From: Octopus vulgaris
Taxonomy: Eukaryota
Direction of reading: 5' to 3'
DNA length: 64,000 nucleotides
Assembly (NCBI GenBank): GCA_951406725.2
Contig: OX597826.1
Location: 36,518,001 to 36,582,000, forward strand
Shown: piece after piece, positions 52,112-64,000 of the stretch
Layout: each line of letters starts with the position of its first letter
Position numbering within the stretch: position 1 is the first letter of the stretch
The notes under the pieces: generated by a model
The model's input: only the letters and a program-made list of their open reading frames with translations
Told to the model about the DNA's origin: nothing
Databases searched by the model: none
Position numbers and translations under genes: made by a program

Positions 52112-52409
52112 ACAAGTCGAGGCAATGATGGTTTCTACAGAATGCTTGTGTTAAGACAAAACAAACACTTCTGAGTTTGTCGTAGGTTAGCCTACACGTT
52201 GTTAAATTTCTTTTAGAAATTCTCCCTAAGGATATACACAATTCATTGATTTCGTATATGGAATTTTATTTCTGAAATTAAAGAATTCTGTATGGAAACA
52301 ACTGTAGGTAGGCATTCCTATATATAATTTCAATGTTTTTAGATAAAAACAGCTGTATGTAAATTTTTTCCATTTTCTTCATTTTCTTATTTTAAAGTTT
52401 ACACACACG

Positions 52410-52441
<32 letters not shown>

Positions 52442-52459
52442 CACACACTCTCTCTCTCT

Positions 52460-52495
<36 letters not shown>

Positions 52496-52660
52496 CACAC
52501 ATACATACACATATGTGTAGATGCAGCAAGGTTGTGGTTGAGAAGTTGCAACCTCATGTTTCTGGGTTCAGTTCTGCCCTGCTGCACAACATCCTAGGCT
52601 AGTGTCTTCTACTATTGTTCCAGTCTGACCAATATCTTATGGAAAGAACTGATCATGTAT

Positions 52661-52950
52661 GTGCCTGGCTTAGGGGTTAGGGTATTGTGTTCATGATCGC
52701 TAGATCGTAATTTCAATTCCTAGATTGGGTGGTGTTGTATTCTTGAGCAAGACACTTCATCTCACATTACTCTGTGATCACTTCGACACCTGATGCTTGG
52801 TACACCGTGCACTTGTTCAAGCAACATCGATTTGATGAAGAGAGAGCTAATGTACGACACGGACATTTGATAGCTTTGAACAAATCATTTGTGGAGGTCA
52901 TTTGGCAAAAGCTGAATGCTAATATGTTGTCTTCGACAGGAGAATCCATC
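52661..52950 (+). mobile_element. tRNA-derived SINE (another family; related head at 46168)
   Basis: tggcttaggggttaggg A-box region, tttcaattcc B-box, cttgagcaagacact segment. Confidence 0.65.
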
Positions 52951-53225
52951 ATATATATATATATAATAATTATTTGAGGGAATATTATTCCGAACTTACA
53001 GGGAAAAATTCAATTTAGAAATACTAAATCAAATTTCACAAAATGTAATATATACATATATATAAAAATTAGAAAAATCCACCTTTTATCAATTCAAAAT
53101 TAACAATTAAATTACACCATCTAGAAAATTACATATAATAGAAATCTTAAAATTGAAATAACAATAACATACCGAAGATTAAGTAAATTGCAAAATAATA
53201 ATAAAAACGTATATATTTATTAGAA

Positions 53226-53332
53226 TAACGTCACGTGTTTCGTGGCTATATTTAAGAAATGATTATAGTAGAAAATTAATTAATAGTAGTAGTAAAATCA
53301 CTTCGATATAAATATAGCCACTCATTAGGTTA
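53226..53332 (-). ncRNA. Minimal hammerhead ribozyme motif with long stem II (two core mutations)
   Basis: Minus strand reads taac-CTAATGA-gtggctatattta...taaatatagccac-GAAA-cacgtg-ac-gtta: stem I taac/gtta, 13-bp perfect stem II, palindromic stem III. Confidence 0.75.
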
Positions 53333-53500
53333 AAAATAAACTAGAATAATAAAATAATTAAATAATAAATATACTTTAATGTACAAGCCATTAATATTGT
53401 AATCAAAATAAGAATAGGTTCAAATATAGACAAACTCATTAAATAAGCTAACTATATAATTAATATATATGTGTAGCATCTATATATTTATTATATACAT

Positions 53501-53876
53501 ATTCTTCATGACAATGGTTGAGCACATGCTTCACTTATGATGTTTCTGAAGTTGAGGGAACTTGGCTACGAAGTTCTTTCCTACCCAACTTATTCCCCAG
53601 ACCTCTCTCCTACTGACTACCACTATTTCAAGCACCTTGATGGTTTCCTGCGAGAGAAGGAGTTCAAAAATCAAACTGATGCTGAAAGTGCGTTCAAAGA
53701 GTTCATCAGCTCCAGAACTCCAATTTTTTTTTTTAGTGGAATAAATAAACTTGTAACTCGTTGGCTGAAAATCTGTTGATTGTAATGGTACTTACTTTGA
53801 TGAATAAAATTTCCGCATTGTTGAAATATATTGTGATGAATTACATGTTTCAAAACGTTGCTTACTTTTACTCAGC

Positions 53877-53881
<5 letters not shown>
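53501..53881 (+). mobile_element. mariner (DD34D) transposon 3' fragment with terminus
   Basis: LHDN...LGYEVLSYPTYSPDLSPTDYHYFKHLDGFL...GINKLVTRW; ends ttacttttactcagcctga at (TA)n. Confidence 0.9.
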
Positions 53882-53925
<44 letters not shown>

Positions 53926-53967
53926 GCATATATAGATATATATATAGACAGACAAACAAACAGATAG

Positions 53968-54160
53968 AAATGCTTAGCGGTATTTCGTCTGCTGCTACAT
54001 TCCGAGTTCAAATTCCGCCGAGGTTGACTTTGCCTTTCATCCTTTCGGGATCGATTAAATAAGTACCAGTTATGCACTGGGGTCGATATAATCGACTTAA
54101 TCCGTTTGTCTGTCTTGTTTGTCCTCTCTGTGTGTAGCCCCTTGCGGGCAGTAAAGAAAT
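53968..54160 (+). mobile_element. SINE family B copy
   Basis: gagttcaaattccgccgaggttgactttgcctttcatcctttcggg. Confidence 0.85.
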
Positions 54161-55019
54161 AAGATAGATATGTGTGTAAATGAGACAAAACAAGTGTTGT
54201 GTAGTATTGTATTTATAGCATGTCTGTGAAGCAAACTTATATTCAAATTTTGGTTGCTGATTCCAGCAGTTACTTTCACAAGTGTGCGTTACACAAATCA
54301 AATAAGGAAAACACCTATTTCGATAACGACTTCTTCTTTGGCACAGCCAGAAGCAACAGCGATTCCACAACAGAACTTTCAAGATAAACCAACATTTCAA
54401 ACCCAGTTTATATAACCAGACACATTAGCTAGCACAGAAATGCAATGGTACCAGGAATCAACCATTGAAGTAGTGGCTGCCTCCTCAAGGGTTGTCAGAG
54501 TAGACCAGCTACTGTGGTATAAACTTAAAGACATCTTAATTTGAAACTCAGAGCAGCAATATCAGACTAACAATAGGAGGCCAACTATAAGGAACCAGCT
54601 CAGATACTATTCATACCAGCCAGCCAGCCAGCCAGCCATATATCGCTATGCAGAGCAGCTATCAACCCCACAACAGAAAATCCTATAACACATGCACATA
54701 TCATGCAGAATTACTTGCATGTTGCACACACATCATGCTGATTCACTTGCATGCCACATACACGTGCACATACGTGTGTATTTATGTGTGTATGTAGGTA
54801 TACAAAGGTATCTATTATTTACATATGCATGTATCACTCGTTAAGAAACTTTGCAAAACATTATGTTCGTCTGTTTAATATATATCATTCACTTGTTTCT
54901 GTTATTATTCTTTATGTTGAAATCAAGCATCACATTGTATTTAACATTTATTTTACTGTGGTCAATTAAACTTGTCATAACTAAATTGAATCAGCAACCA
55001 GTGGGAATAGTTATATATA

Positions 55020-55055
<36 letters not shown>

Positions 55056-55385
55056 TGTATGTATGTATGTATGTATGTATGTATGTATGTATGTATGTAT
55101 ATATATATATGTGTGTGTGTATATATATATATGTGTGTTATGTATATATGTAAGTATATTTCCATTTTGAGATTGTAATAGTTGTAATAGCATAAATATT
55201 TTTTCATGTTTATGCAGATTTTTTGTTAATTTGGTTAAGTTATGTTCACTCTGTTCAAGCTTACACACATACACATACACATATGACTGTGTACATAAAT
55301 GTATATGCGTATGTATGTATCTATAGACGTATGTACATATGCATGTATGTATATATAGATGCAGAGAGAGAGTGAGAGATAATGT

Positions 55386-55815
55386 GAACGTCGGTGGTAG
55401 AGCAGTGCAAGAATGAGGGATAGCAGGCACATGGAGCAATAGGAGTGGGCTGTCAACGGTTTGTGGGGTGCTTGTTCTGCAAAGGTGTGAATGGGCTTAG
55501 AGTTACTGGTACAACAAAGAGGGGGACTATAAATTCTTTCACTGAAGCTGCAGAGAAGGCCGCTAGATGGCTTTGGATGAAGAGAGCAAGCCAGTGTTTT
55601 GTTGCCATTGGGATGCAAGCTGATGTTGACCTTCGCTGAGTAAGCTGCATAAGGGGACCTAATGTCAAAGATCTAAAACTTCCTGGGATCCCAGAAATAT
55701 CACTGACAAAGTATCCCAAAGAAGCTGCCTTGGAGTTACCAGTCACTACTGGGAACTGACCAGATGACAACCAAGAATAACCTGATGTCTACTGGAAAGT
55801 CAGTTGAAAGCATGG
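55386..55815 (+). mobile_element. HERO-like (RLE-type) non-LTR retrotransposon 3' end
   Basis: VEQCKNEG*...IGVGCQRFVG...TEAAEKAARWLWMKR resembles the EVGCRGF...EAAExASRWLWxKR C-terminus; frameshifted. Confidence 0.75.
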
Positions 55816-55943
55816 ACGGGTGGCTAGGTAAAGGGACACACAGACAAATAGACAGGTAGAAAGATAAATAGATATGTAGACAGACAGACAAATAGATAGA
55901 TAGATAGATAGGTAGATAGATAGATAGATAGATAGATAGACAA

Positions 55944-56014
<71 letters not shown>

Positions 56015-56552
56015 CAGAGACACAGACAGATTCATACATACACAAATGCAAGCAGAGAGGATATTATTAAACATACAATGAGAACTAAAGGCACAAGATA
56101 AGTGTTACCAAGACAATATGAAATAGTTCCCTTCCTTCTCAAGGAACTTCTGCCAGACTAAAGAGGATTTCCAAAGTATTCTTCCAAAATTCCACTGCCA
56201 TTGCATAAAAAAGGCATTTATTTCACTTGGTTTGCTTTTGTTCGTAGCAAAGCTATTACCAAATTTTTGTCAATCAGAGTTCCAAATAGCGATGCACATG
56301 TTAAACATATTTAGGGATACCTTCTATGTTTTGTACTAAGAAAAATCAATGCTGGTTATCCTGATCTTGCTTCTTATCAAGTTGTGATGGGGAGGAGAAC
56401 ACTTGGGGCAGTTTTGCAAAGACTCAAAAATAAAAAGTAAATAATGTAAATATAAACAAAAGGAGAACAATAAAACAGCAAAAAAAATGAGAATTCTTCT
56501 AAAATTGTGAAATGTTAATTTGGGAACAGAAAGAGACTGTTCGTAACAAATG

Positions 56553-56795
56553 TTCTTTTATTCTTTTATTCTTTTTTTTCGTTTCAGTCATTTGACTGTG
56601 GCCATGCTGGAGCACCACTTTTAGTTGAACAAATCGACCCCAGAACTTATTCTTTGTAAGCCTAGAACTTATTCTATTGGTCTCTTTGCTGAGCCACTGA
56701 GTTAGAGGAATGCAAACACACCAGCATCGGTTGTCAAGCGATGTTGGGGGGACAAACACAGACACACAAATATACACACACACACACATATATAC

Positions 56796-56860
<65 letters not shown>

Positions 56861-57020
56861 CGACAGGCTTCTTTCCGTTTCTGTCAACCAAATCCACTCA
56901 CAAGGCTTTCGTCGGCCCGAGGCTACAGTAGAAGACACTTGCTCAAAGTGCTGCACAATGGGACTGAACCCGGAACCATGTGGTTGGTAAGCAAGCTACT
57001 TACCACACAGCCACGCCTGT
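56553..57020 (-). mobile_element. SINE family A, full length
   Basis: Reverse complement of the family-A pattern; gggactgaacccggaaccatgtggttggtaagcaagctacttaccacacagccacgcc. Confidence 0.9.
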
Positions 57021-57164
57021 TGTTTAAGGGTTTCATCTTTCCTTTTTTGATCAATCATTTATTTTACATTAATACCAAATTTCATTCAATTGTTTTGATA
57101 CCAGCCTTCCAGAGACAGTTCATCATTCTATGATACAAACTTTGTGTTTTAAAGTGAACATCAT

Positions 57165-57321
57165 CGTAATTATCATCGTTTAATGTCCGCTTTCCATGTT
57201 AAAATGGGTTGGACGATTTGACTGAGGACTGGCAAACCAGATGGCTGCACCAAGCTCCAATCTGATGTAAATTAAAATCTTCTGTCAAAATTTCATGTCA
57301 ATTTATGTGAAAAACACTAGC

Positions 57322-57383
<62 letters not shown>

Positions 57384-57660
57384 CATTTAACATCTGTTTT
57401 CCATATGGGCATGAGTTGGACGATTTGACCAGAGCTGGCAAGCAGGAGAACTATACCAGGTTCCAGTCTGATTTGGCCTGGTTTATATGGTTGTATGCTC
57501 TTTCTAATGCCAACCACTTTACGGAGTGTTTTTAACATGGACTGGCACAGATGCATTTGGCATGAGGGCTCTTGCAGGGCAAAAACCTCTTCAGGGTTCT
57601 GTTAATAATTCTGCTGTGGTGGGCAGGTCTTCTCGGGTGCAGAAAAGCACCAGATATCTC
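57165..57660 (-). mobile_element. Two family-C SINE fragments
   Basis: tttaatgtccgctttccatg...ggttggacgatttgac at ~57180 and a second version at ~57385. Confidence 0.7.
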
Positions 57661-58116
57661 AATCCTTTGTAAATAAGGTGCCAGATATTTCGTTCCCTTG
57701 TAAAGTTATTTCATCTAATTCTCCCTTATTTTAAAAATCATTTCAACCAAAAGGCATTTGAACAGAAATTTGGTAATGAAAAGGTGACAGGGAAGGTGTA
57801 TGCGAAAAAGAGAATGTTTCTGTTTCTGTGGGCCTCAACACAAGCTTTAAATGGTCACTTGCTATATTAATTGCAAAAGTATCCTAGCCAGAAGGTGTCC
57901 AAGAAAAGTTTCTCAAAAATTGCATTTAAACAAAAGTGAAAAAAAAAGAAACGAAAAAGAAAGAAAGCAAACATGAATATAATACAAATAAATCATAATT
58001 GGTTTCTGGTGGCTAAATTAAATGTTGACTCAGCAAAGCAGAACACTTTTCAGATAAGAAAAAGAAGATGACAACAAATCGAAAACAACAACAACAACAA
58101 TAATAATAATACAGTA

Positions 58117-58150
<34 letters not shown>

Positions 58151-58844
58151 TGATAATAATAATAATAATAATAATAACAATAATGATGATGATGATGATG
58201 ATGAGGATGATAATAATAATGATAATAATAAATCAACAAGAAGTGTATTAGAAAACAAACCCTCAAAATTGCCAAACATTATAACTATTATTTGCCCAGA
58301 GAATATTTCTCTGGGGAGTATTTGGTGTGGACATATTTTGGCAGCAATGTACCAAAAAATGAATTCTATGATTAATTATGCTCAATAATTCTTTTATGTC
58401 TCATACAACATTTATTTGTAGATTTGTCATGATTTTTCAATTTATATACCTTTTTATTATGTATTTTTACATACGTTTTTTTTATATATTATTTTTATAT
58501 ATTTTTTTATAACTGTTTTTATTCTTTTCTATTTATTGTTTAATTCTGGCCACCATGATGTTTTTTTTTTCATTTGTTTTTACCATTTTCTCATACCTTT
58601 ATCCCCGTTGGGTTCCAGATTTGGTTGTTTCTCTCAGATAATTTATTAATTCCTCCTTTATTTATTTATTTATTTATTTATTAATATTTTGGGTGGGTTT
58701 GGGAAGAGTTAGATGGGGAGGGAGGATGTCAACACATCAAATTCTTATTTGCAAACCAAAATATCCTCTCAACTATCTTCCAGACCAGACAGCATCAGTA
58801 ACAACAACACCATCATTACACAACTTAATATCATTGCAATGAAC

Positions 58845-58860
58845 CCTGCTGCTACTGCTG

Positions 58861-58906
<46 letters not shown>

Positions 58907-58929
58907 CACTATTGCTGCTGCTGCTGCTG

Positions 58930-58961
<32 letters not shown>

Positions 58962-58972
58962 GCTGCTGCTGT

Positions 58973-59016
<44 letters not shown>

Positions 59017-59225
59017 CTGATGATGGTGATGATGACGACGATGATGATAACGATGATGATGATGATGATGTTAATGATGATGATGACGATGAGGATAATG
59101 ATGTTGATGATGATGATGAGAGGATGATGATCATCATCATCATATTGCTTCTGCTGTTGCCAACACCACCATGACTACTACTACAACTACTACTACTACT
59201 ACTGCTACTGCTGCTGCTGCTGCTA
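58845..59225. repeat. Compound (CTA)/(CTG)/(GAT) microsatellite
   Basis: Direct reading of the sequence. Confidence 0.9.
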
Positions 59226-59499
59226 TCAATGGTGCTATACTCGCTAACAAAAGAGGCTTCTTTGAAGTTGTACCCCTTGTTAGAAAGAGCAACTAATTCT
59301 CCCTCAATGATACCCTACCATCAAGGCAAAGAATGCATGAGCAACATGTACTTTGCCAAGGCATCTGAGGGGAAGTTGACATGCTATGAGGAGACTGTTT
59401 TGGGGTCTCCAGGTGAAAGGGAAGGACCTTTTAAAATTCATGGTGGGGTGGGGCTGTGGGAGAGGTTCCCAAGTGATGTTATGGTCAAGGGTATTTCTT

Positions 59500-59732
59500 G
59501 CGGTGTGATTGCAGAAACGTTAGCGCGCTGGGCGAAATGCATTCCAGTATTTCGTCTGCAGTTACGTTCTGTGTTCAAATTCCGCCAAGGTCGACTTTGT
59601 GTTTCATCCTTTCGGGGTCGATTAAATAAGTACCAGTTGCGTACTGGGGTCAATGTAATCGACTTAATCCGTTTGTCTGTCCTTGTTTGTCCCCTCTGTG
59701 TTTAGCTCCTTGTGGGTAGTAAAGAAATAGGT
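59500..59732 (+). mobile_element. SINE family B copy
   Basis: gcagaaacgttagcgcgctgggcgaaatgc...gttcaaattccgccaaggtcgactttg. Confidence 0.85.
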
Positions 59733-59949
59733 ATTTCTTGGCTGTGGTCTTGGGTACCTCACATCCATGTAGAAGAGCTCATCACCAAGGCCAGACCATC
59801 TCTGATCATGGGTCCACTTGAATGAGGCTGACCTGAGCCTTAAAACTGACATCAGCTACAAAAGCAACAACAACAACAACAACAAACAACGTTACTAATA
59901 GCATGCAACTGTCATCAATACCATCATCACCAGCAGCATCAAGAGCAGG

Positions 59950-60252
59950 AGGTGCAATAGCCCAATGGTTAGGGCAGTGGCCTCGCGGTCGGAGGATCGC
60001 GGTTTCAATTCCCAGACTGGGCGTTGTGTGTGTTTCTTGAGCGAAAACACCTAAAGCTCCACAAGGCTCTGGCAGGGGGTGGTGGCGACCCCTGTTGTAC
60101 TCTTTTGCTCCAACTTTCTCTCACTCTTTCTTCCTGTTTCTTGTCCCTGACTTCCTATGCAACTGCTGAGCCTGGATGCGCATTCATCCATCCGTCGATG
60201 CTCTCTACAGAGGCGCGATCTTGCGAGCTCTGGAACGAAGACCGCTTCGCTC
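59950..60252 (+). mobile_element. tRNA-derived SINE, CpG-rich, with (AAAC)n tail
   Basis: A-box tagcccaatgg, B-box ggtttcaattccc, GC-rich body, aacaaacaaac tail. Confidence 0.75.
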
Positions 60253-60319
60253 AACAAACAAACAAACAAACAAGCAGCATCAACAGCAACACTGTAACTA
60301 AACAAAACATGTAACTGAG

Positions 60320-60498
60320 CAACTACTACCACCACCACTACTACAGCTACTATTACTACTACTACTACTACTACTACTAATAATAATAATAATAATAATT
60401 ATAATAATAATAATGATAATAATAATAATAATAATAATACCGGTGCCAACACCACCACCACTAACAACAACCACCACTGACAAAACCACAACCTACTT

Positions 60499-60542
<44 letters not shown>

Positions 60543-61562
60543 GCTACTACTACTACTATGCTTCCACCATGACCTCAACTTATCAACTTGTTGCAACAAC
60601 AGAAATAATTTTTACAATTACAACCATTTATGGTACCACTGTACTACTACCAGAACTATCACAAATACAAACATCACATACAAGACCACAACATATATTT
60701 CAACAACATACCATTATAGCATATACCATCCCCACCACCACCACAAACACACATTAGTACAACAGCTACCACTGCCAGCACCACCATCACTACTGTAGCC
60801 ACAACTAACAAAAAAACTACCACCACAACTGTATCTATACTGTCACTAACAATACAACCACCACTAAAACGACCACCAACACAATTATACAACACCATCA
60901 CCACTACCACCACCAGCTACACCTGGCCACCACCACCATAACTAGTATCACCACCACACTACTACCACCACCACCACCACCACTACCACCACCACCACCA
61001 CCACCACACCACCACCACCACCACCACCACCACCGCCATAACCACCAACATAACACCCCCACAATCACCACTACCATGACCACTGCCATCACTGCCACCA
61101 GCACCATCACCACAACCACCACCACCACCACCATCGCCACTACAAACACTACCACAGTACCACTACCACCACCACCACCACAACCACTGCCACCAACACC
61201 ACCACCACCACAACACCATCACCATCACCACTACCACAATCACTGCCACCACTGCCACCACCACTAACCCCACCACCACCACCATCACAACACCACCACC
61301 ACCGCCGCCACCACCGCCTCTATCCATCAGTGACAATTATTAGCCAAGCTTTTAAACAAATTACATTACTGATAGTTTTGTTTTTATTGGTGTTTTTTGC
61401 TCTTATTTATTTATCTTTATTAATTTATTCACAAGTCTATTCATTTGTTTATTTACTATATACACATTATTATTATACAGCCCTGGCTGCATATCTCTGT
61501 GTACGTGTGTATGTGGATGTGCATGGATGTGGGTGTGCTCATATGTATATACGTACGAGTAC

Positions 61563-61593
<31 letters not shown>

Positions 61594-61720
61594 GACACAC
61601 ACAAATACATGCACACATATATATATACACAATATATAAATACATATACATATATACATACATGTATGCATATATCTGTATACATATTTATATATATGTG
61701 TGTGTGTGTATGTATATAAG

Positions 61721-61768
<48 letters not shown>

Positions 61769-61880
61769 TGTATATACATATATATCTGTATATATATATG
61801 TGTGTATATATATCTATATACATACACACACACATATATACATATATTCACATATATATATATATGTGTGTGTATGTATG

Positions 61881-61916
<36 letters not shown>

Positions 61917-61953
61917 CATACACATATATATGCATATATACACTTATATACAT

Positions 61954-61985
<32 letters not shown>

Positions 61986-62041
61986 ATAGATAAATATATA
62001 TGCATATACATACATACATATATATGTATACACATACATGC

Positions 62042-62091
<50 letters not shown>

Positions 62092-63660
62092 ATATAATCT
62101 CAAAGACAGTTATATTCATGCATGAATGTGGTGTAGACAGATGTGTGTTGTGAAGCATTTTAGAATCTGTGTGTATGTGGGCTCTATGAATGCGTGTGCC
62201 TGTGCGCGCACACACACACACGAACACATCCACACACACACCCACCCACCCACATGTATATTTATGCCGGTGTCTCCTCCTTTCCGTGACACTTTGTATT
62301 CAGTTTTCACTTGGTCTCCTCTTTATAATCGAATACACAGTTTTTATTTCTTTGTTTATTTAAAACATTACCCACCCCCACCAACCTTTTCCTCTTCCCT
62401 TCCTTCTTCTCCATCACCATCATCACCATCGTTATCATGATCATCACAGTTGTCATCATCATGGTCATCATCATTACCGCTGTCGTCGTCCTCACCATCA
62501 ATACCACCACCACTACCATCATCATCTTCATCATTATCCTCATTAACATCATCAATGCCATCATCATCATCATCTTCATCATCATCACCATCATCATCCA
62601 CATGAACACCACCACCACCACCACCACCATCCTCATCCTCATCATCATTATCATCACCCTCCTCAACACCACCATCACCACTACCACCACCATCATCATC
62701 ATCATCTTCACCGTCATCACGAGCATTCTGCTCTCTTTATCCCAGACTTCATATTATTCTATGATAATTCCGCCTCCACCTCTTCATCCAATACACCATC
62801 CCAATTCCACCCCACCCCCATCTTTCGATGATGCTCACCCCACTGGTTTCATATTAACAGGACGTTGATCAGAATTAATAAAGTGTAGATGCTATGAAAC
62901 TGGGGGGTGGCGATGGTGATGAGGTAGATGATGGTGGGGTGGGACACTGACGAAGGAATTTGGTGGGGTGGTGTTTAGAAGCACGAATGCTTTAGCCTCA
63001 TTCAAAGAATGTGCACATGCATCTATTGTTGTCTCCTGCTGTCAGCGTCATCACTGAAATCCTCACACATCGACTTTTCCTACCGCTACCACCACCACCA
63101 CAAGCATCATCACCACCACAAGCACCACCACCACCCTGCTAAAACTACTACCCACCCCCACTCCATCAACACTAACACCTCTACAAACAGTTGCACTACC
63201 ACTATCATCATCATCATCATCATTATCATCATCAGTATCAGTTTTATCACCATTGTTAGTGAGGGGTCTTGTATGTAGTCTCTAGAACTGCTAGAAATAG
63301 CAACATATTTCCATTAAATCCTTCTCTATTTAAGGACATGTTGGATAATGTGTTCCTAAGATCCTAGTATGTAAGAAAAAGACAGGTTGATCACACTTGG
63401 ATTGTCTTTGATTATGGGCGTATTTTCTCAGGACAGACCTAGGGCTAAACAACTGTAGAAAGCGACAAGTATCTCCTCCTCTCCCTCTCCCTATCCCTAT
63501 CCGACATCAACTTTACTTCTACCCCCATCAACACCATCATTTACATCAGACGATACAAATCCATACCATCCTCAGAACCACCTCCACCACCACCACCACC
63601 ACCACCGCCACCACCACCAGCAACAACGACGTGCAACACTGCAATGTCAGTGCACAAGAG
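60320..63660. repeat. Low-complexity field of (CAC/CAT/CTA)n and (TA)n repeats
   Basis: Direct reading of the sequence. Confidence 0.9.
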
Positions 63661-64000
63661 CACCAACACCAGTAATACTTCAGATATTTTATTTAAATGA
63701 TATTCAAATCAAATTGAAACCGATCATGGTGTTGCATAATTTTGGTTGATAGTGTGCTTTTGGCTGCATAACTATTGTTAATGTCAAGGGACCCTGCTGA
63801 AGGAGGAGTTGAAGAATGTAAAGCGTTGGTTTGGTGAAGAGGTGGGGGTTAGTTAGGGTTTTCAATTAATCGTGCCACTCCACCAATCGACCAACACCAC
63901 CAGTCCAAGAGAGAGAAAAGCAGGGATTGGGAAGTACAAGTTGGTTTGAATTGGAACTGAAACAATACGTGATAGATTCTACATATTCCTAAATGGGAAT

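Noticed and set aside
52670-52682. ttaggggttaggg as interstitial telomeric repeat
   Set aside because: Only two imperfect units, and they form the A-box region of a tRNA-derived SINE.
54008-54400. 130-aa minus-strand ORF
   Set aside because: The C-terminal part is antisense SINE family B and the rest has no recognisable domain.
58713-59174. 153-aa poly-T/A/D ORF
   Set aside because: Compound trinucleotide microsatellite, open on both strands.
59229-59705. 158-aa ORF with normal-looking composition
   Set aside because: The last ~40% reads through a family-B SINE and the first part has no recognisable motif.

Overview
AT-rich, microsatellite-dense eukaryotic DNA. The repeat repertoire most resembles an octopus (coleoid cephalopod) genome; this is my recognition of SINE families, not a database result. 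I find no credible host protein-coding exon, and nearly all ORFs in the track are translations of (TA)n, (CA)n, (TAA)n, (GAT)n or (CAC)n repeats or of SINEs. The window is intergenic or intronic and consists of mobile-element relics: several tRNA-derived SINE families, mariner and DD37D transposase relics, hAT/piggyBac/mariner MITEs, Helitron and HINE elements, RTE, CR1-like, Dong/R4 and HERO LINE fragments, and a Penelope-type GIY-YIG relic. The most interesting signal is a set of minimal type-I hammerhead ribozyme motifs (CUGANGA-stem II-GAAA-palindromic stem III) from at least four unrelated sequence families, plus weaker candidates. Several lie downstream of, and on the same strand as, a tRNA-like Pol III head. 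One family (tRNA head + (TAA)n + hammerhead tail) has three copies whose consensus is an intact ribozyme core, and two of them form a head-to-head unit flanked by a 17-bp duplication. This suggests ribozyme-carrying, possibly Penelope-mobilised SINEs (retrozyme-like). All alignments and folds were done by eye and coordinates of degraded elements are approximate.
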